Source of the DNA: Octopus bimaculoides
Taxonomy: Eukaryota
Assembly (NCBI RefSeq): GCF_001194135.2
Contig: NC_068998.1
Span: forward strand, 36,289,623 to 36,353,622
Direction: 5' to 3'
Length of the DNA: 64,000 nucleotides
Below the pieces are notes generated by a model. It did not search any database, was not told the DNA's origin, and saw nothing but the letters and a program-made list of their open reading frames with translations. The translations under genes and the position numbers were made by a program. Below are positions 1 to 13,499 of this stretch, piece after piece. How positions within the stretch are numbered: position 1 is the first letter of the stretch; every line of letters starts with the position of its first letter.

Positions 1-220
1 CCTTCAAGCAGAGACAAATCAATGAAGTTTGATTGTACCGTTCCTCTTTAACAATCTACGCTGGCGCTTAACTCGGGAAAAAAAATCAATATTTAATTTA
101 ACTGCAATTAATTTAATTATCTGTCTATCACTTGTCGCGAATAGTTTTATGAAAATGGTCATACACGAAATATAGAGCCGTAATATCTTAGATAATCATG
201 TCTTTGGTGCACCGTTGTGC

Positions 221-309
<89 letters not shown>

Positions 310-320
310 CAGCAGCAGCA
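221..320. repeat. (AGT)n/(AGC)n microsatellite
   Basis: Direct. Confidence 0.95.
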
Positions 321-448
321 ACAGTAACAGAAATAGTTGTAATGGTAGTAGTTGATGTTGCTTAAATTCAGGTCCTGATTGAGTAAACCCATGATCGACG
401 ACTTTCCAGACTCGATAATCCACTTATTTCCCCCACCTTCCAGTACAA

Positions 449-498
<50 letters not shown>

Positions 499-622
499 CC
501 ATCCGCTATTCCTGGGAGGATCGTGAGGGGTAGAGTCCTTAGGCACCTCCTCCATAGGGGGGTGTAATCTCTTAGTTATGAGAATCGATTATCCGATATA
601 GACGTTTTACTTTGCATATGTG

Positions 623-695
<73 letters not shown>

Positions 696-697
<2 letters not shown>

Positions 698-822
698 CCG
701 GACACCAGACAGTTTCCGTCTACTAAGTTTACTCACATGGTATTAGTCGACTCAGGGCTACATCAGAAAATACTTACTTAAGATACCATGCAGTGGGACC
801 GAACCCGAAACCACTGATTCGA
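696..822 (-). mobile_element. SINE family S1 head fragment
   Basis: cagtttccgtctac...cagtgggaccgaacccgaaaccac, diverged. Confidence 0.7.
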
Positions 823-1656
823 CTGTTGCGATGAATAGCTTAATATTGATTCACCTGGACAATTTGGAGTTCCAGGCCCTCTTTAGTTTGTGAGAAGCTG
901 TCCATGCTTATGCCATTCTGATCTTGATGCAATTTATTGTTAAAAAAAAAAAAGGAAGGTCAGATTGGGTCATGCAGTTTTGAAAAGATAGGATTATCAG
1001 GAATGGAACATCTTTGATCATATGGCTGTTCGATCATGGTTGACTTGGGGTTAAACGACGGTAGTAACAACACAATGTAATCTCTTAGTTATGCCAATTC
1101 AACGCATGAGAATCGATTCTCGGATATAGACATTTTACTTTTAAATCACTTACAGAAGTAAAGCTTTGGAGAAAGGTATTCATTCATGTCATACATTCTT
1201 ATCCTCGTTCCCCGATAAATCAGAGAAGAATTATGCCAATATGAAAATCAATAAAAAGAGCATTTATTGAAATTTTATATTGTTTCAGCAACGTCTAATA
1301 TAGAAAGCGACATTTCCATACAACTAAGCACATTTAAAACATTTTGTCACAACAACGTTGAGTTAAATTAGTTTACTATATTTTGAATAATAAACCTAAT
1401 TTATTTGCCTGCAAGAAAATTAATTCACTGCAGCAGATGCTGCTGCTGCTGCTGCTGCTGCTGCTGATAGTAATAAAAATGATAACTACTACAATGTTTA
1501 CATATACACAGCAACACTTTACAAAAGGTGTTACAGGAAGTGTGGGAGTGTGGATATATAGTTATATAAAAGAGGGAGAATGCAAAATGTTATGCAATAT
1601 ATATCAGGTCATATTAAATATATAATACAAATAAACTTGTAGAATGGACGTGAACA

Positions 1657-1657
<1 letters not shown>

Positions 1658-1708
<51 letters not shown>

Positions 1709-1729
1709 CATCCATCCATCCATCCATCC

Positions 1730-1765
<36 letters not shown>

Positions 1766-1780
1766 GTCTATTTATCTACA

Positions 1781-1825
<45 letters not shown>

Positions 1826-1985
1826 ATCTATCTATCTATCTTTCTGTTTGTCCATCTATATGTCTCTGTCTGTCTCTCCCTTTCTCTTGCTCCCCATCTA
1901 TCTTTTTGTCAATATATCTGTGTCTAAACATGTCTGTCTGCCTGTCTCTCTATCAAACCTTTCTCTGTCTGTCTCTCTCCCTCTC
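1658..1985. repeat. Compound (TCTA)n/(TCCA)n/(TC)n microsatellite
   Basis: Direct. Confidence 0.95.
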
Positions 1986-2372
1986 TAGTGGAAATCCACC
2001 AATTATGTTACATTAGAGTAGCCCATGACTCTAGTAACCTTCCTCTCGAAGTTCTTTCCACTCTGTGCATCGCCCGCATGGTCTTCATTGAGGTCATCCA
2101 ACAAATCCTAGTGGACCTTGTCTGTACCATTAATACCCGTGAATCTCTCACTGTTCCAGGTGGGATTTGTTTGAGATCGTTTTTGTCTAAAACAAATCCC
2201 CCACCAGAATTTCTCGGCCACGCTCGTCATTGTAGATGGTGGTTTTATTGAAACAAACGCTTCTTGACTCTGCTGATGTTGCTGCCTCTGTTGTTCACCT
2301 CGTTCTCTTCATTTCTGCTTTTCTGCCTTTGCGGAGCAGGATGCTTTCAAGTGCATTTCATTGTCGCACATG

Positions 2373-2402
2373 TTACCGTGTTTTAACGACTTTCTCCTGT
2401 AC
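2373..2402 (-). CDS. Terminal coding exon of an unknown spliced gene (gene A): VQEKVVKTR*
   Basis: Minus-strand acceptor tttgttcctcattgcag. Phase 0 matches the upstream exon. TAA at 2375-2373 and AATAAA about 125 nt downstream (2249-2244). Confidence 0.55.
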   Translation of the reverse strand, partial: VQEKVVKTR

Positions 2403-2620
2403 CTGCAATGAGGAACAAATTAAAGATACTCAGTGGTTATTATTGAGAGTGGTATTCAATACCTGGATTTCCATGCAGTGTCTGCTAGGCAACATGCAAC
2501 ATATCCTTATGATCGGCTCAGCACTCACAACCAACCAGCGTTGTGCTTCAGATATGACGATGAGCCGCCAAGAGTATATGTCACTGCCAATATCTCTTGA
2601 TGTGATCCTTATGTTCGGTG

Positions 2621-2940
2621 GGGGAAGACGCGTGGCTTAGTGGTTAGAGTATTCGGCTCCCGATCGTAAGGTCATGAGTTCGATACCCGGCAGCGCATTG
2701 TGTCCTTCAGCAAAACCCTTCATTTCACACTGCTTCAGTCCATTAAGCTGGCAAAAAATGAGTAGTGCATGCAATTCAAAGAGCTAGCCTTTTCACATTC
2801 TGTATGACGTTGAATCCCCCTAAAAACTACGTTAGAGGTACGCGTGTCTATGACGTGTTCAGCCACTTGCACGTTAATTTCGTAAGCAGACTGTTCCATT
2901 GATCGATCAACTGGAACCCTTGTAACTGAAGGAGTGCCAG
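2621..2940 (+). mobile_element. SINE family S3 (tRNA head plus CORE-like tgtgtcctt.agcaa segment), full length
   Basis: A box tggcttagtggtt, B box gagttcgatacc, CORE-like segment. Confidence 0.9.
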
Positions 2941-3007
2941 TTTATGTTCTGTGACTCCATATATTGCAGCATGAGCCTGTCTCTTAGTGTGTAACACACT
3001 AACTCAC

Positions 3008-3214
3008 CTGCCGTCTCACTTCGTTCTCAGTCTTGAAAACCAGGCATACATTCCCACATGCATTGTATTGGTAGATAGGAACAGCAACATTCCATATAGC
3101 GGTCAGTACATCCTTTAACTGCTTCTTTGAAGAAACACTGAAAGCCTCTTCTCTACTTTCTGACAGACCGATGTGTACCACTTTTCTACTTGTTCTTTCT
3201 TCAATTAAATCTTC
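3008..3214 (-). CDS. Internal coding exon of gene A, 207 nt: EDLIEERTSRKVVHIGLSESREEAFSVSSKKQLKDVLTAIWNVAVPIYQYNACGNVCLVFKTENEVRRQ
   Basis: Acceptor ttttatctccttgcag and donor CAG|GTGAGT. Length is a multiple of 3, open in phase 0, non-repetitive. Family not recognised. Confidence 0.7.
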
Positions 3215-3674
3215 CTGCAAGGAGATAAAATATTTTGTGGCATTCCTTTCTTACATTCTTTTTTTATTATTATTTTAGAGTGCTAAACTAAATTCAGAAT
3301 TTCTTTCTGTCTTTAAAAGAGTCACTGCTGCATTCTGACCGCGTTGCCCTTCGTGATGTAATTTACTTTAGTGTAGCGCAAATATCACTTTAATGTTGTC
3401 ATTTATTTATTTCTGTTTGTCAAATTTTAAACAATTCATAATCTTGTTTACAAGATTTTCAAAATTATCTTCGGTTCTCTTAGGATCATTTACACTACTG
3501 CTTCATTTGCCTTTAGCACCTCTTCCCGAAACCTCAAATAAATGAGTCATATTGCAATTAAACTAAAGTGCATAAAATTGCACCCCCCACAAGTATACAC
3601 ACGATTCTGTCTGTCTGTCTGTCTGTCTATCCATCCATCCACCCACCATCAATCAATCAATCAATCTATCTATC

Positions 3675-3718
<44 letters not shown>

Positions 3719-3720
<2 letters not shown>

Positions 3721-4845
3721 AGGTTAGTAGAAAAGTTAGTACTGTTTTTAAGTAAAATTCTAAAACTATTTTTAGATACAAAGCTTAACTCAACCACATA
3801 TGTCCCATTTTGTTCCACTACCATCTTTGAGGCAGCTTCGTGATCCTATCTTCCCAGTACTTGGCATATTTCTAGGTTATGAACTGACCTAAGTAGTTTT
3901 AACAATCTTCTGAAGAATTGAAGTTCTCATTAAGAGAATTTTGCAGGGATCCACATAAATGGTAACCCGAAAGTATCAGTCAGGTGGATGTGATAGGACC
4001 ATTCCGGTCAAGCTGTGGCATTTTGCAAAGAAATATGAAATCTAGCGTTATCTTGAAGGAGGCTGACACCCTTCCGATCGGTCAATTCTGGACGTTTTTC
4101 ATCGATTTCCTTCTTTAATCAGTCTAACTGGAAATTAATTGTCTGAATTTAACGTCTAATTTTGCGGAACGAGTTGGTAATCCATCATTCTCTTCCAATC
4201 CCACCAGGTACAGAGCATCCCTTCTTCGAAGAGAATAAAAGTGGTTCGTTTAGTTTTCTCCAGGACACTTTTCGCTCCACTTTGTTATAGACATTCCATG
4301 TTTTATCACCTGTGTGTATTCTTTTTTAAAGGGGTCGTTTTTGTTGCGTTTGAACAGAGAATCGCAGATGGAAATGCGGTCTATTAAATTTTTTTCCGTT
4401 AAATTGTACGGCAGCCAAACACTATAAGTGAATTTAAATGCTTTATTAACGCTCGTATAAAATATGTAGAATATCTCTGCCATGTCTCGTGTCGGGATTT
4501 AGATTGCTTTTGATTAGTGTTTCGATTTCCTCATCATTAACAACTTTTTCACTCATCAATCTTACGAACCACTTACAAATAGTCCCTTCAGCTATGGTAC
4601 TATCTCTATAAATTGCACATTTATTTCTCTCTGTTTGTACAGTGTTTTTCCCTTTCCGGATATAAAGAGCATCAAATGATGCAGATGTATCTCGTCCTCT
4701 TCCAGTTTCACTTTAACGCACAAACAAAAGACATAATCCATCCACACAGTAACTGCATAGAAAGATGTGTTGAAATGTCACCTTTCAGAAAGTATGTATA
4801 TGTCTTATGCATCGGAGAAATGAAACAAAGCGTTTAAACGCCACT
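3719..4845 (-). mobile_element. Near full-length decayed mariner (Hsmar1-like TIR)
   Basis: TIR ttaggttagtagaaaagtt at 3719. Frameshifted transposase: EDEIHLHHLMLF..., WLPYNLTEKNLIDRISICDSLFKRNKNDPF, LLQDNAR, YWEDRITKLPQRW..VEQNGTYVVE*. Confidence 0.85.
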
Positions 4846-4854
4846 AATTGAAAT

Positions 4855-5905
4855 AGGATAGCTCCAGCTTCCTGTCATCCGTAGTGGAGGAATTCAGGGT
4901 CACGAAATGTTGAGTTGTAATGATATACAGGGACTTCCAAGATGAGCGTTTCAAGCATGCAGGTTTCACAACAAGGTCAGGGCGAAAGCGGGTGACCAAC
5001 ACTGCGGTCGCACTGGCTGAAAGCATGCTGAAGCTTCTTGATATCACTGGAATTACATGCAGAGGACGGCAGGTCTTGGTTCTTCCCTTCTCTAACAATG
5101 GAAGAAGACGGATACTAAGGAGAGAAGGGCAGAACCAGGAGTAAGAAAGAAAGCTGAGGAGCTGGTATCTCAGGGAGCCTGGACTAAAAGGGACCTACAC
5201 TAGAGGAAGGTTAGTAGGACAGATCTGTGGAGACAACCCTTTCCCTATATTCTTGACAGAGTATGACATACTCCCAACGCCAACCGCCCTATATAGATAA
5301 GGGTTTTTAGCTGGGGCCAGCTGTGTAGACTTTGTAGAGACGGGGGAAACCTGGCATACGTCATATCAAAGTGCAAAATAGTAATTACTCAAGGGAGATA
5401 TAAGTGGCGCCTGACAAGTTACTTGCAACACTCGCTCACACTCTGGAACAGGAAAGGATCAGGAAACACCATCAAGGGAAAACAACAGCAGCAATCAAGT
5501 TCGTGAAAGAAGGATAAAAGCCAGTGAAAACTGCAAGAAGGACAAATAGTCTGATACATGAGGGCCAGTCATGGGATATGAAAGTGGACCTGTGGGAAAG
5601 ATTGCTGTTTCCCCTGATTATTCATATAATCCTGAGGCCAGAGGCGGTTCTGTAGTCCGAAAAGGTCACGAAAATAATTTTGATCGAACTTACAGTTCTG
5701 TGGGAAGAAAAGTGTGATTCGGTCTATGAATGGAAGTGTGCCATGTACGAGAACCTTCCGCAGAATTACAGGGAGAAGATATGGGAGTCATAGATTTGTT
5801 CTCCCTCCGTAGAGGGTTCCCTGCCCAGTTACTATAGAGGATGTTTACAACCATTAGAATGAGAAGAAATGAGCGAAGAGTAGTTGTGCGCTGAATGGGT
5901 GACTC
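4855..5905 (+). mobile_element. Hero-type (R2-superfamily, RLE) non-LTR retrotransposon, 3' part, decayed
   Basis: EEFRVTK..MIYRDFQDER..AGFTTRSGRK, QGAWTK, QGRYKWR, WDMKVDL..LLFP, LRPEAVL.S..IILIELTVLWEE, RGFPAQ match Hero-like ORF motifs. Confidence 0.8.
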
Positions 5906-5939
5906 AGTGGTGGGGGACAAACGCGCGTGCACACACACG

Positions 5940-6028
<89 letters not shown>

Positions 6029-6190
6029 CGGGCACCTTTCGGTTTCCGTCTACCAAATCCGCTCACAAAGCTTTGGCCAACCCAAAGCTATAGTAGAAAA
6101 GAGATGCTCAAGGTTCCACGCAGTGGGACTCAACCCCTTACCATGTCGTTGGAAAGCAAACTTCTTACCACACAGCCACGCTTGCGCCTA
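5905..6190 (-). mobile_element. SINE S1 (tRNA-derived head, internal CA microsatellite)
   Basis: Shared family consensus with Pol III A/B-box-like head and ggcaccttgggcaag core. Confidence 0.9.
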
Positions 6191-7575
6191 TTCTAGCTGA
6201 AAAAAAAAGAAAAAACATTGAAAATAGTTTTTACAAATAGTTTTTACAGAAATACTATAACAATTTACTTAATTACTGCGAGTGCATTATTTTACTAATC
6301 ATTAATTGTTTCCAGCGCCTATTGCAGTTTTTGGGTGTAAATAATATTCCCATTTCTATTTTAAGAATGTAGGAATTCTCGCTAGTATATGGGTGTGCAT
6401 ATGTATGTGTACGTGTGCGTATGCCTGTATGCGGGAATGTAAGTGTACGTGAATGAGTGCGTGTATGTATGTATGTATGTATGTTTGCATATATGTATGT
6501 ATGTTTGCATATATATATGTATGTATTTATGGATGGATGGATGGATGAGAACGCATGTGTATATGTAAGGGATAACCTAATGTAAAGATTGAAGGAATAA
6601 ATGCTTTCAACAGACCTTACTAGGAAATTTATATATCAGAGTTTCTTTATGAATTATGCCCTTTATGAACCTTGAGCAACAAGCATTGAATCCATTTTGT
6701 GTTTCGGCTTAGAATTCGCCATGACAGAAACAGGGCCTCTTCTCTGATAACCCAGTCACCTTTAATATTTGGCTCTGAAATTTGTTGAATGGCAACTCGC
6801 ATATTGACTATAGACTAGGAACTGCAGATTTTAAATTTCAAATAAAGAGATTCTGGAACTAATTGGTTCCAGTGTTATTTCAGTTAGATTTTTATGGTGG
6901 CCGGTACCATAAGGTTTTTCTTTTCATACTCCATACTGTTGATTCAATGGTAGATGAAATCCACTGAAATCCTTTTAAAAACAGATATATCATTCTATTC
7001 ATTGCTCTCTCTTAGATTAGATTCTAGGGCAAAGGTATACTATTTGGCTTTACAAAATTTTTCCAATTAATTCTTTCTTCAGGAAACCATGATAAATCCA
7101 TGACTTCTGTTTGTGTCACAGCATGCAAAACTAGCGCCTTCAACATACTACTTTGATGGACTAGCATTTCTCTGAATGAGTGTTGTTGACGCCGTCAACT
7201 CTATCATTAGAATTATTTGTGAAAGTTTCTGAAATAATTTTGTCTTCATTAATATGTTTATTATTTTATTCTTTTTATTGTAAGTGGTACAATTTTTTTC
7301 GTACTGTCTATTTGGTCTTGCGTGATGTTGTAATATTTTACTTTGCTATGTGGGCGTTACTGCTAGAAATTTTGACATGAAATGTCGTGAAAACGTGAAA
7401 GTTAATAAAATATAGTCTGTAAAACACACTTGTCTTTGTGTTTTTCCGAGTGTCAGAGGCAGCCCATTCACAGATAACTAAAATCGTTTTTTGACAAAAT
7501 AAAACCAAAGCAAAATTTCTCGTTTGGTAAAGCTTGAAACATAGTTAAGTCTCAGCTGTCCCAAAGTTTATTGTT

Positions 7576-8019
7576 TATCTTTTATCTTTTATCTTTTATC
7601 TTTTACTTGTTTCAGTCATTTGACTGCAGCCAGCTGGGGCAACGCCCTGAGGGATTTTAGTCGAACAAATCGACTCTGGGACTTATTTTTTAAAGCCTGG
7701 TACTTATTCTATCGGTCTGTTTTACCGAACCACTATGTTACGGGAGCGTAAACACACCAACACCGCTTGTCAAGCAGTGTGTGTGTGGTGGTGGCGGGTA
7801 GGACAAACATAGACACAAAGACATACATACAGAGATATATGCATATACATATATACGACGGGCTTCTTTCAGTTTCCGCCTACCAAATCCACTCACAAGG
7901 CTTTGGTTGGCCCCAGGCTATAGTAGAAGATACTTGCCCAAGGTGCCACGAAGTGGGATTGAACCCAGAACCATGTGGTTGGGAAGCAAACTTCTTACCA
8001 CCAAGCCACGCTTGCGCCT
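7576..8019 (-). mobile_element. SINE S1, full length, (TAAAAGA)n tail
   Basis: Complete head, body and tail. Confidence 0.92.
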
Positions 8020-8076
8020 GTAAAGTAAATTTCGAACGCAATATAGCCGTGAAAACAACGGAGAGATTGTGTAGCG

Positions 8077-8147
8077 GACACCTACGGGACTCGAAACCGA
8101 CCTCTCAGATACCGGCTCAGTACTCTACCTAAACGCTAAACGGCTCG
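8077..8147 (-). pseudogene. Degenerate tRNA-like sequence (tRNA pseudogene or SINE head)
   Basis: TAGCGTTTAGGTAGAG A-box, CTGAG/CTGAG anticodon arm (4 of 5 pairs), GGTTTCGAGTCCC B-box. Confidence 0.5.
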
Positions 8148-8239
8148 CTTATTATTTAATGTAATCATCAAAAAAAAAAAGAAAAAAAGGAAAAGAAAGA
8201 AAAGAAAACATAAGAAAAAAGAAAGCATTATTTCATAAG

Positions 8240-8500
8240 TGAGGATGCGTGGTCTAGTATTTAGGGTCTTGCACTTACGATCGCAAGGTCGTGATTTCAA
8301 TTCCTAGACCGGGTGGTGCGTTGTGTTCTTGAGGAAAAAACACTTCATCTCACGTTGCTGTACGATCACTTTGGAACCTGACGCGTTGTATACCGTGCAC
8401 CTGTTCAAGCAACGTTAACTTTATGGAGAGAGTGAGCTAATGTGCGGTACGAACATTTGATTACTATAAACGAATCCTTTGTACAGATCGTTCGGCTAAA
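8240..8500 (+). mobile_element. S3-related SINE with a different 3' tail
   Basis: Similar head and core to 2621, divergent tail. Confidence 0.75.
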
Positions 8501-8583
8501 GCTGAGTACTCATACGTCATCTTCGACGGGAGAGTTCATCATTGTTTTGACCTATGTGGCCAATAAAGGAAAGGCTGTTGTTG

Positions 8584-8639
<56 letters not shown>

Positions 8640-8660
8640 ATTATTATTATTATTATTATT

Positions 8661-8873
8661 AGGGCGGCTAGCTGGTAGAATCGTTACTGCACCGGGGAAA
8701 ATGCTTAGCGGTATTTCGTCCATCTTTACGTTCTGTGTACAAATTCCACCGAAGTCGACTTTGCTTTTCGTCTTTTCGAGGTCGATAAAACAAGTACCAT
8801 TCAAATACTGATGTCGATGTGATCGACTATCCACCTCCCCACAAATTGCAGGCCTTGTGCCATAGAAGAAAGG

Positions 8874-8875
<2 letters not shown>
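8661..8875 (+). mobile_element. SINE family S2, embedded in (ATT)n
   Basis: ggcggctagctggtagaatcgtta...caaattcc...gtcgactttgc...ggccttgtgcc. Confidence 0.9.
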
Positions 8876-8924
<49 letters not shown>

Positions 8925-10862
8925 GATATTCAATGATATTCAATAATATTTCAAAGCATATCACTCAAGCAGGTCACGAAACATACAGGTATATAAAAAT
9001 ACCTGATAAATGGACGTGAAGTATACTGTATTAAGACAGGTTCAAAATTTTGCGTCCGAAACAAAATTGAACAAGCCACCATGTGAGGAGAAGTAATTCC
9101 AGGGCATCCTACAACTCTGACCATCTTCTGCTCTTTTCATCGCCTGAAAATTGATTCCTTTAACTTTGCTGTCACCGCTTTCATTTCAGGCCAAATATTT
9201 AAGTCCTCAAATTCCATGAAAATCAGCAGATAGAATCTTGTTATGGTTTTCGCCAAAAGTTTGTCAATTTATTATTTCATGTAATCATCAATCACATTAA
9301 CATTTCTCTTGTTCAACTTTAGCTCCTTTAGCAGAAGCATTGAGTTCTCTCTAGTTTTCACAGCTCCGTGAAAATCCTTCCGGTAGGGAAGTAGACTGGG
9401 GCTGTATTTTTCTTTTAGCCCTGTTTACTTTTTACTATCCCTGATGATTTTCCCTCCTACTCTATGTTCTAACTTCATCGGAAGTCAATGGATGGAATTG
9501 CAACTCGAACGACACAGTGACGGAAGAAGAGAAGATCTCTTGATTTCTCTGTGATTTACATCACAAGCCCATTCTGCTGTTGGCATAGATGACAGTAGGT
9601 TTCATTTGCTTCCAATTTGGCTATTATCCAACTTGTGGTTAATGGTGTTTTTGAATGATCGGTAGCTGCAGCCAAAATTTTCCTTCTGAGGCTTTCTTTA
9701 GTTGTTGATGCTTTTGCTGGAACCTGTTTTCTGTTGCAGAAAGACCTCAAGTGGTCTTTATTACTACACGCACACTTAATAACCGTGTCTTCTTAACTAA
9801 GCTGTCAGTGAAATCGAACTCCTCTCCGCTCCCTTAGTAACGTAAAGTTCCAGAAACACCTTAATGTCATTGAGGGTGAAGTATTAGAACCTTAAAGTCC
9901 ATGCAGACTGCAACAGGCCATATGTTATTGCGGATCGCCTTGGTGACTTCCACATGTCTTTACTGTTGTACAAATGTAATAAACTAAGTTCTAATATCTC
10001 TAGTCGGTTTCTTCATGTTCTTGAAAGCCATATACCGTATCACTCGCCCGCGAGTAGACATGTCATGCACTAGCTCTACATATCTTCTCATTGATTCTCT
10101 GTCTTAAGGACCAGGTACACATTTACATATACACTTTCCAGGTGCACACATCCTATCATACAACGGCCAGGACTTCACCCAATTACTCTTTTGAGTGTAT
10201 AAGAAAGGCCAATCCATATATTTTGAAGAACAATTGTATGTTATTCCTCGCCTTATCCTGGATAAATTTATCAGTTAAAAAGGCACTGCCTTTTGTGGCA
10301 TACTTCACTCACATATTGCTTCAGTTAGCTCATGTCGAAAAGGTTTTTGATTACAAAGAGCCCCAGATACAACTTTTGCAAAAGAAATATTGTCGTTGGT
10401 GGTATTTGTCGTCGCTGTTCGCATTGTTTCCTCGTCCAAATCAATTTTTCATCGCTATTCTTTTGTCTATCTTCTAATGTACAACTGTGAATATTTAAGA
10501 TTTAATCTCTGCTTGATTCTCCGTTATGTATTTATACTTCTGCTTAAAATCATATTGGGAGCATGTTTATCATATCGAGGCTATTTCTATCATTGGTACG
10601 ATGATATTTCTGAAGCAGCCATCATGCAACGCGTGCAAATATTGCAAATGGCTATTCGCCAGAATTAAATGAACAGCTAAAAATATCTAAGATAAACTTT
10701 CCTTCTACCCCAGGGTGGATCCTCAAATAAATCTGAAAACCTTTAGTTAACAAAAGTTGAAAAAAATAAACTTTTTTCTCCTGAAAGTTATACGGTTTAG
10801 AATTACATTCTTTTTTTTTTTTTTCGGAAATCTAAAATAGACGTCCGTTCCCTTTACTACTG

Positions 10863-10912
<50 letters not shown>

Positions 10913-11125
10913 GATGATGATGATGATGATTTTTATATTTTTATTTAGCTTATGGCCAACATTGCAGTTCTTTCGAGTTGGAGTCATGGGCGTCTATCTC
11001 TCTCTCTCTCTCTCTCTCTNNNNNNNNNNTGATGATGATTTTTATATTTTTATTTAGCTTATGGCCAACATTGCAGTTCTTTCGAGTTGGAGTCATGGGC
11101 GTCTATCTCTCTCTCTCTCTCTCTC

Positions 11126-11209
<84 letters not shown>

Positions 11210-11924
11210 TGAGAGAGAGGATATCCGTCCGCAACCTAAAAAAGTTAAAAGGAAGTAAAAACAGGAAAGAAATATTTAAGAAAAATATAAAATGTCTTTT
11301 TTTAAATCAAAATGTTTACACCCGGTATATATACAAGTGCGTATATGTATATAAAAAATAATAATAAAAAAAAAGCAGAAATGGGTGTGGAACGAAACTG
11401 CTGTGGAGTTCTAATTATGTTCGGCAGTTAATTTTCTCAGCAAACAGACTTTCTGTTCAAAATCATCCCTGATCAAATGTATTTGATGTTTTACTCCTCG
11501 AATTGAACATAATAATCATTCTCACCACACACAAAAAATGTAAGGAAGACAAAATCCAATAAGTTGGTTACTTGTAAATAGTGTAAAAGTTGCTTGTAGA
11601 TAGATATGTAAAATGAGATACGTTGCGGTTACGTTCATTCCAAATTCTGCTAATCTTCTAGAAAATGGGGCGATTCTTCTCGACAACTCACGATGAAATA
11701 TAAACGGTTGGAACTGCCAAAACAGCCAGAATGTCCAATCTTCCAAGGCAAGTTGCCAGAATCCACATACACCGCGCCGTGTCATTCCCACTTACATGAA
11801 AAGAACATAGTAAAGGAATTTTTTTATCCCCAAAAGATGAATCGTATTAGAGCAAACATTTCTTTTAAAAAGCATTTTATAGAACTGCAGCTACAATAGG
11901 CTCAGATGTGAAACTACTAGCGCC

Positions 11925-12256
11925 AACACACACCGGTACTCCATCGGTTACGACGATGAGGGACCAAGTTAATCCGACGAACGGGACTTTCTGCTTGTGA
12001 AGCTAACGTGCAAGTGGCTGAGCACTCCACAGACACGCGTACCCTTAACGTAGTTCTTAGAGAGATTCAGCATGACACATAATGTGACAAGGCTGGCCCA
12101 TTGAAATACAGGTACTACTCGTTTTTGCCAGCTGAGTAAACTGGGACAACGTTAAATAAAGTGTTTTGCTTAAGTACACAACGCGCCACCGAGTATCGAA
12201 CTCACAACATTACGATTGTGAGCCGAATACCCTAACTACTAAGCCACGCATCTCCG
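11925..12256 (-). mobile_element. SINE S3, full length
   Basis: Reverse complement of the 2621-2940 family. Confidence 0.9.
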
Positions 12257-12820
12257 CAACCAACACACAAGGACATCAACAATAACACATTCAAGATGGT
12301 CACCCACTCCATATATAGTTTAATTATAATTATCATTACGTGTAGGTATTTTTACAACTTTTATAACTCCTTTTAACTGAGTAAACTTCCGTTCTTGGGA
12401 AACATTGCAGTATGTACTCAGGAAATACGTAAGACACTTACAGAAATCCATCTGTTAACAGATTGAAACATATGCATGCTTAAGCATGTCATCTTCGTCA
12501 TATACAAAAGTGGTTTGTAACTATTATCTATATAAACCGACTCAACGTATCGCCACTAGACACCTTAAATCACAAGAGAAAATTTCAAGAGAGGGTTGGA
12601 AAGAAACAAGTATTAAATAAATTAGGTTAATACATTAATGCATTTCTTCTTAATCACACGAATAATCCCAAATGTAAATCAACAGAGGGCCACGTTTTCT
12701 ATGGAATGCAATTGGAGCTTCTGCTCGTTTCACCAAGCACGCTGTTCATATGCAAACGGTCTCTACCAAACCAGAGGTATCAATACAATAGATGCTTGAT
12801 CTGCAGGCGCACTTGCTCTA

Positions 12821-13235
12821 AAGGAGCCGGCATGGCTGTGTGATAAGAAGTTTGCTTCCCAAACACATGGTTCCGGGTTCAGTCCTACTGCGTGACACCT
12901 TAGGAAAATACCTTCTACTATAGCCCCAGGCCGACTAAATCCTTGTGAGTGGAATTGATAAACGGAAACTGAAAGAAGCCCGTCATATATGTATACATAT
13001 GTGCGTGTCTTTGTGTTTGTGTTTTATTAGTCCACGCCACTGCTTGACAACTGGAGTTGGTTTGCTTATGTCATCGTGACTTAGCGGTCCGGCAAAAGAT
13101 ATTAATAGAATAAGTACTAAACTCAAAAAATAACTACTTGGGTCGATTCGTTCGAATAAAAAAGCCTTCAAGGCGGTGCCCCAGTAGGGCCGCAGTCCAA
13201 TGGCTGAAACAAAGAAAATGTAAAATATAAAAGAT
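12821..13235 (+). mobile_element. SINE S1, full length
   Basis: ggctgtgtgataagaag...ggttcagtcc...ggctgaaac. Confidence 0.92.
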
Positions 13236-13284
13236 GAAGAATTCCTACTCAATGTGAAAGGAACTCACTTTTCTGACCATAATA

Positions 13285-13499
13285 TTGATTTAAAATGTTG
13301 GCACAAGGCCCGCAATTTCGGGGAAGAGGGTAAGTCGATTACATCGACTCTAGTACTCAAGTGGTACTTATTTTATCGACCCTGGAAGGATAAAAGGCAA
13401 AGTCAACCTCGGTGGTATTTGAACTCAGAACGTAAAGACGGAAAAAGTGCCGCTAAGCATTTTGTCCTGCGTTCTAACGATTCTGCCAGCTTGCTGCCT
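13285..13499 (-). mobile_element. SINE S2
   Basis: Family consensus. Confidence 0.9.

Noticed and set aside
10913-11120. Exact duplication of about 100 bp
   Set aside because: Identical copies flank a 10-N gap, typical of an unmerged contig overlap.
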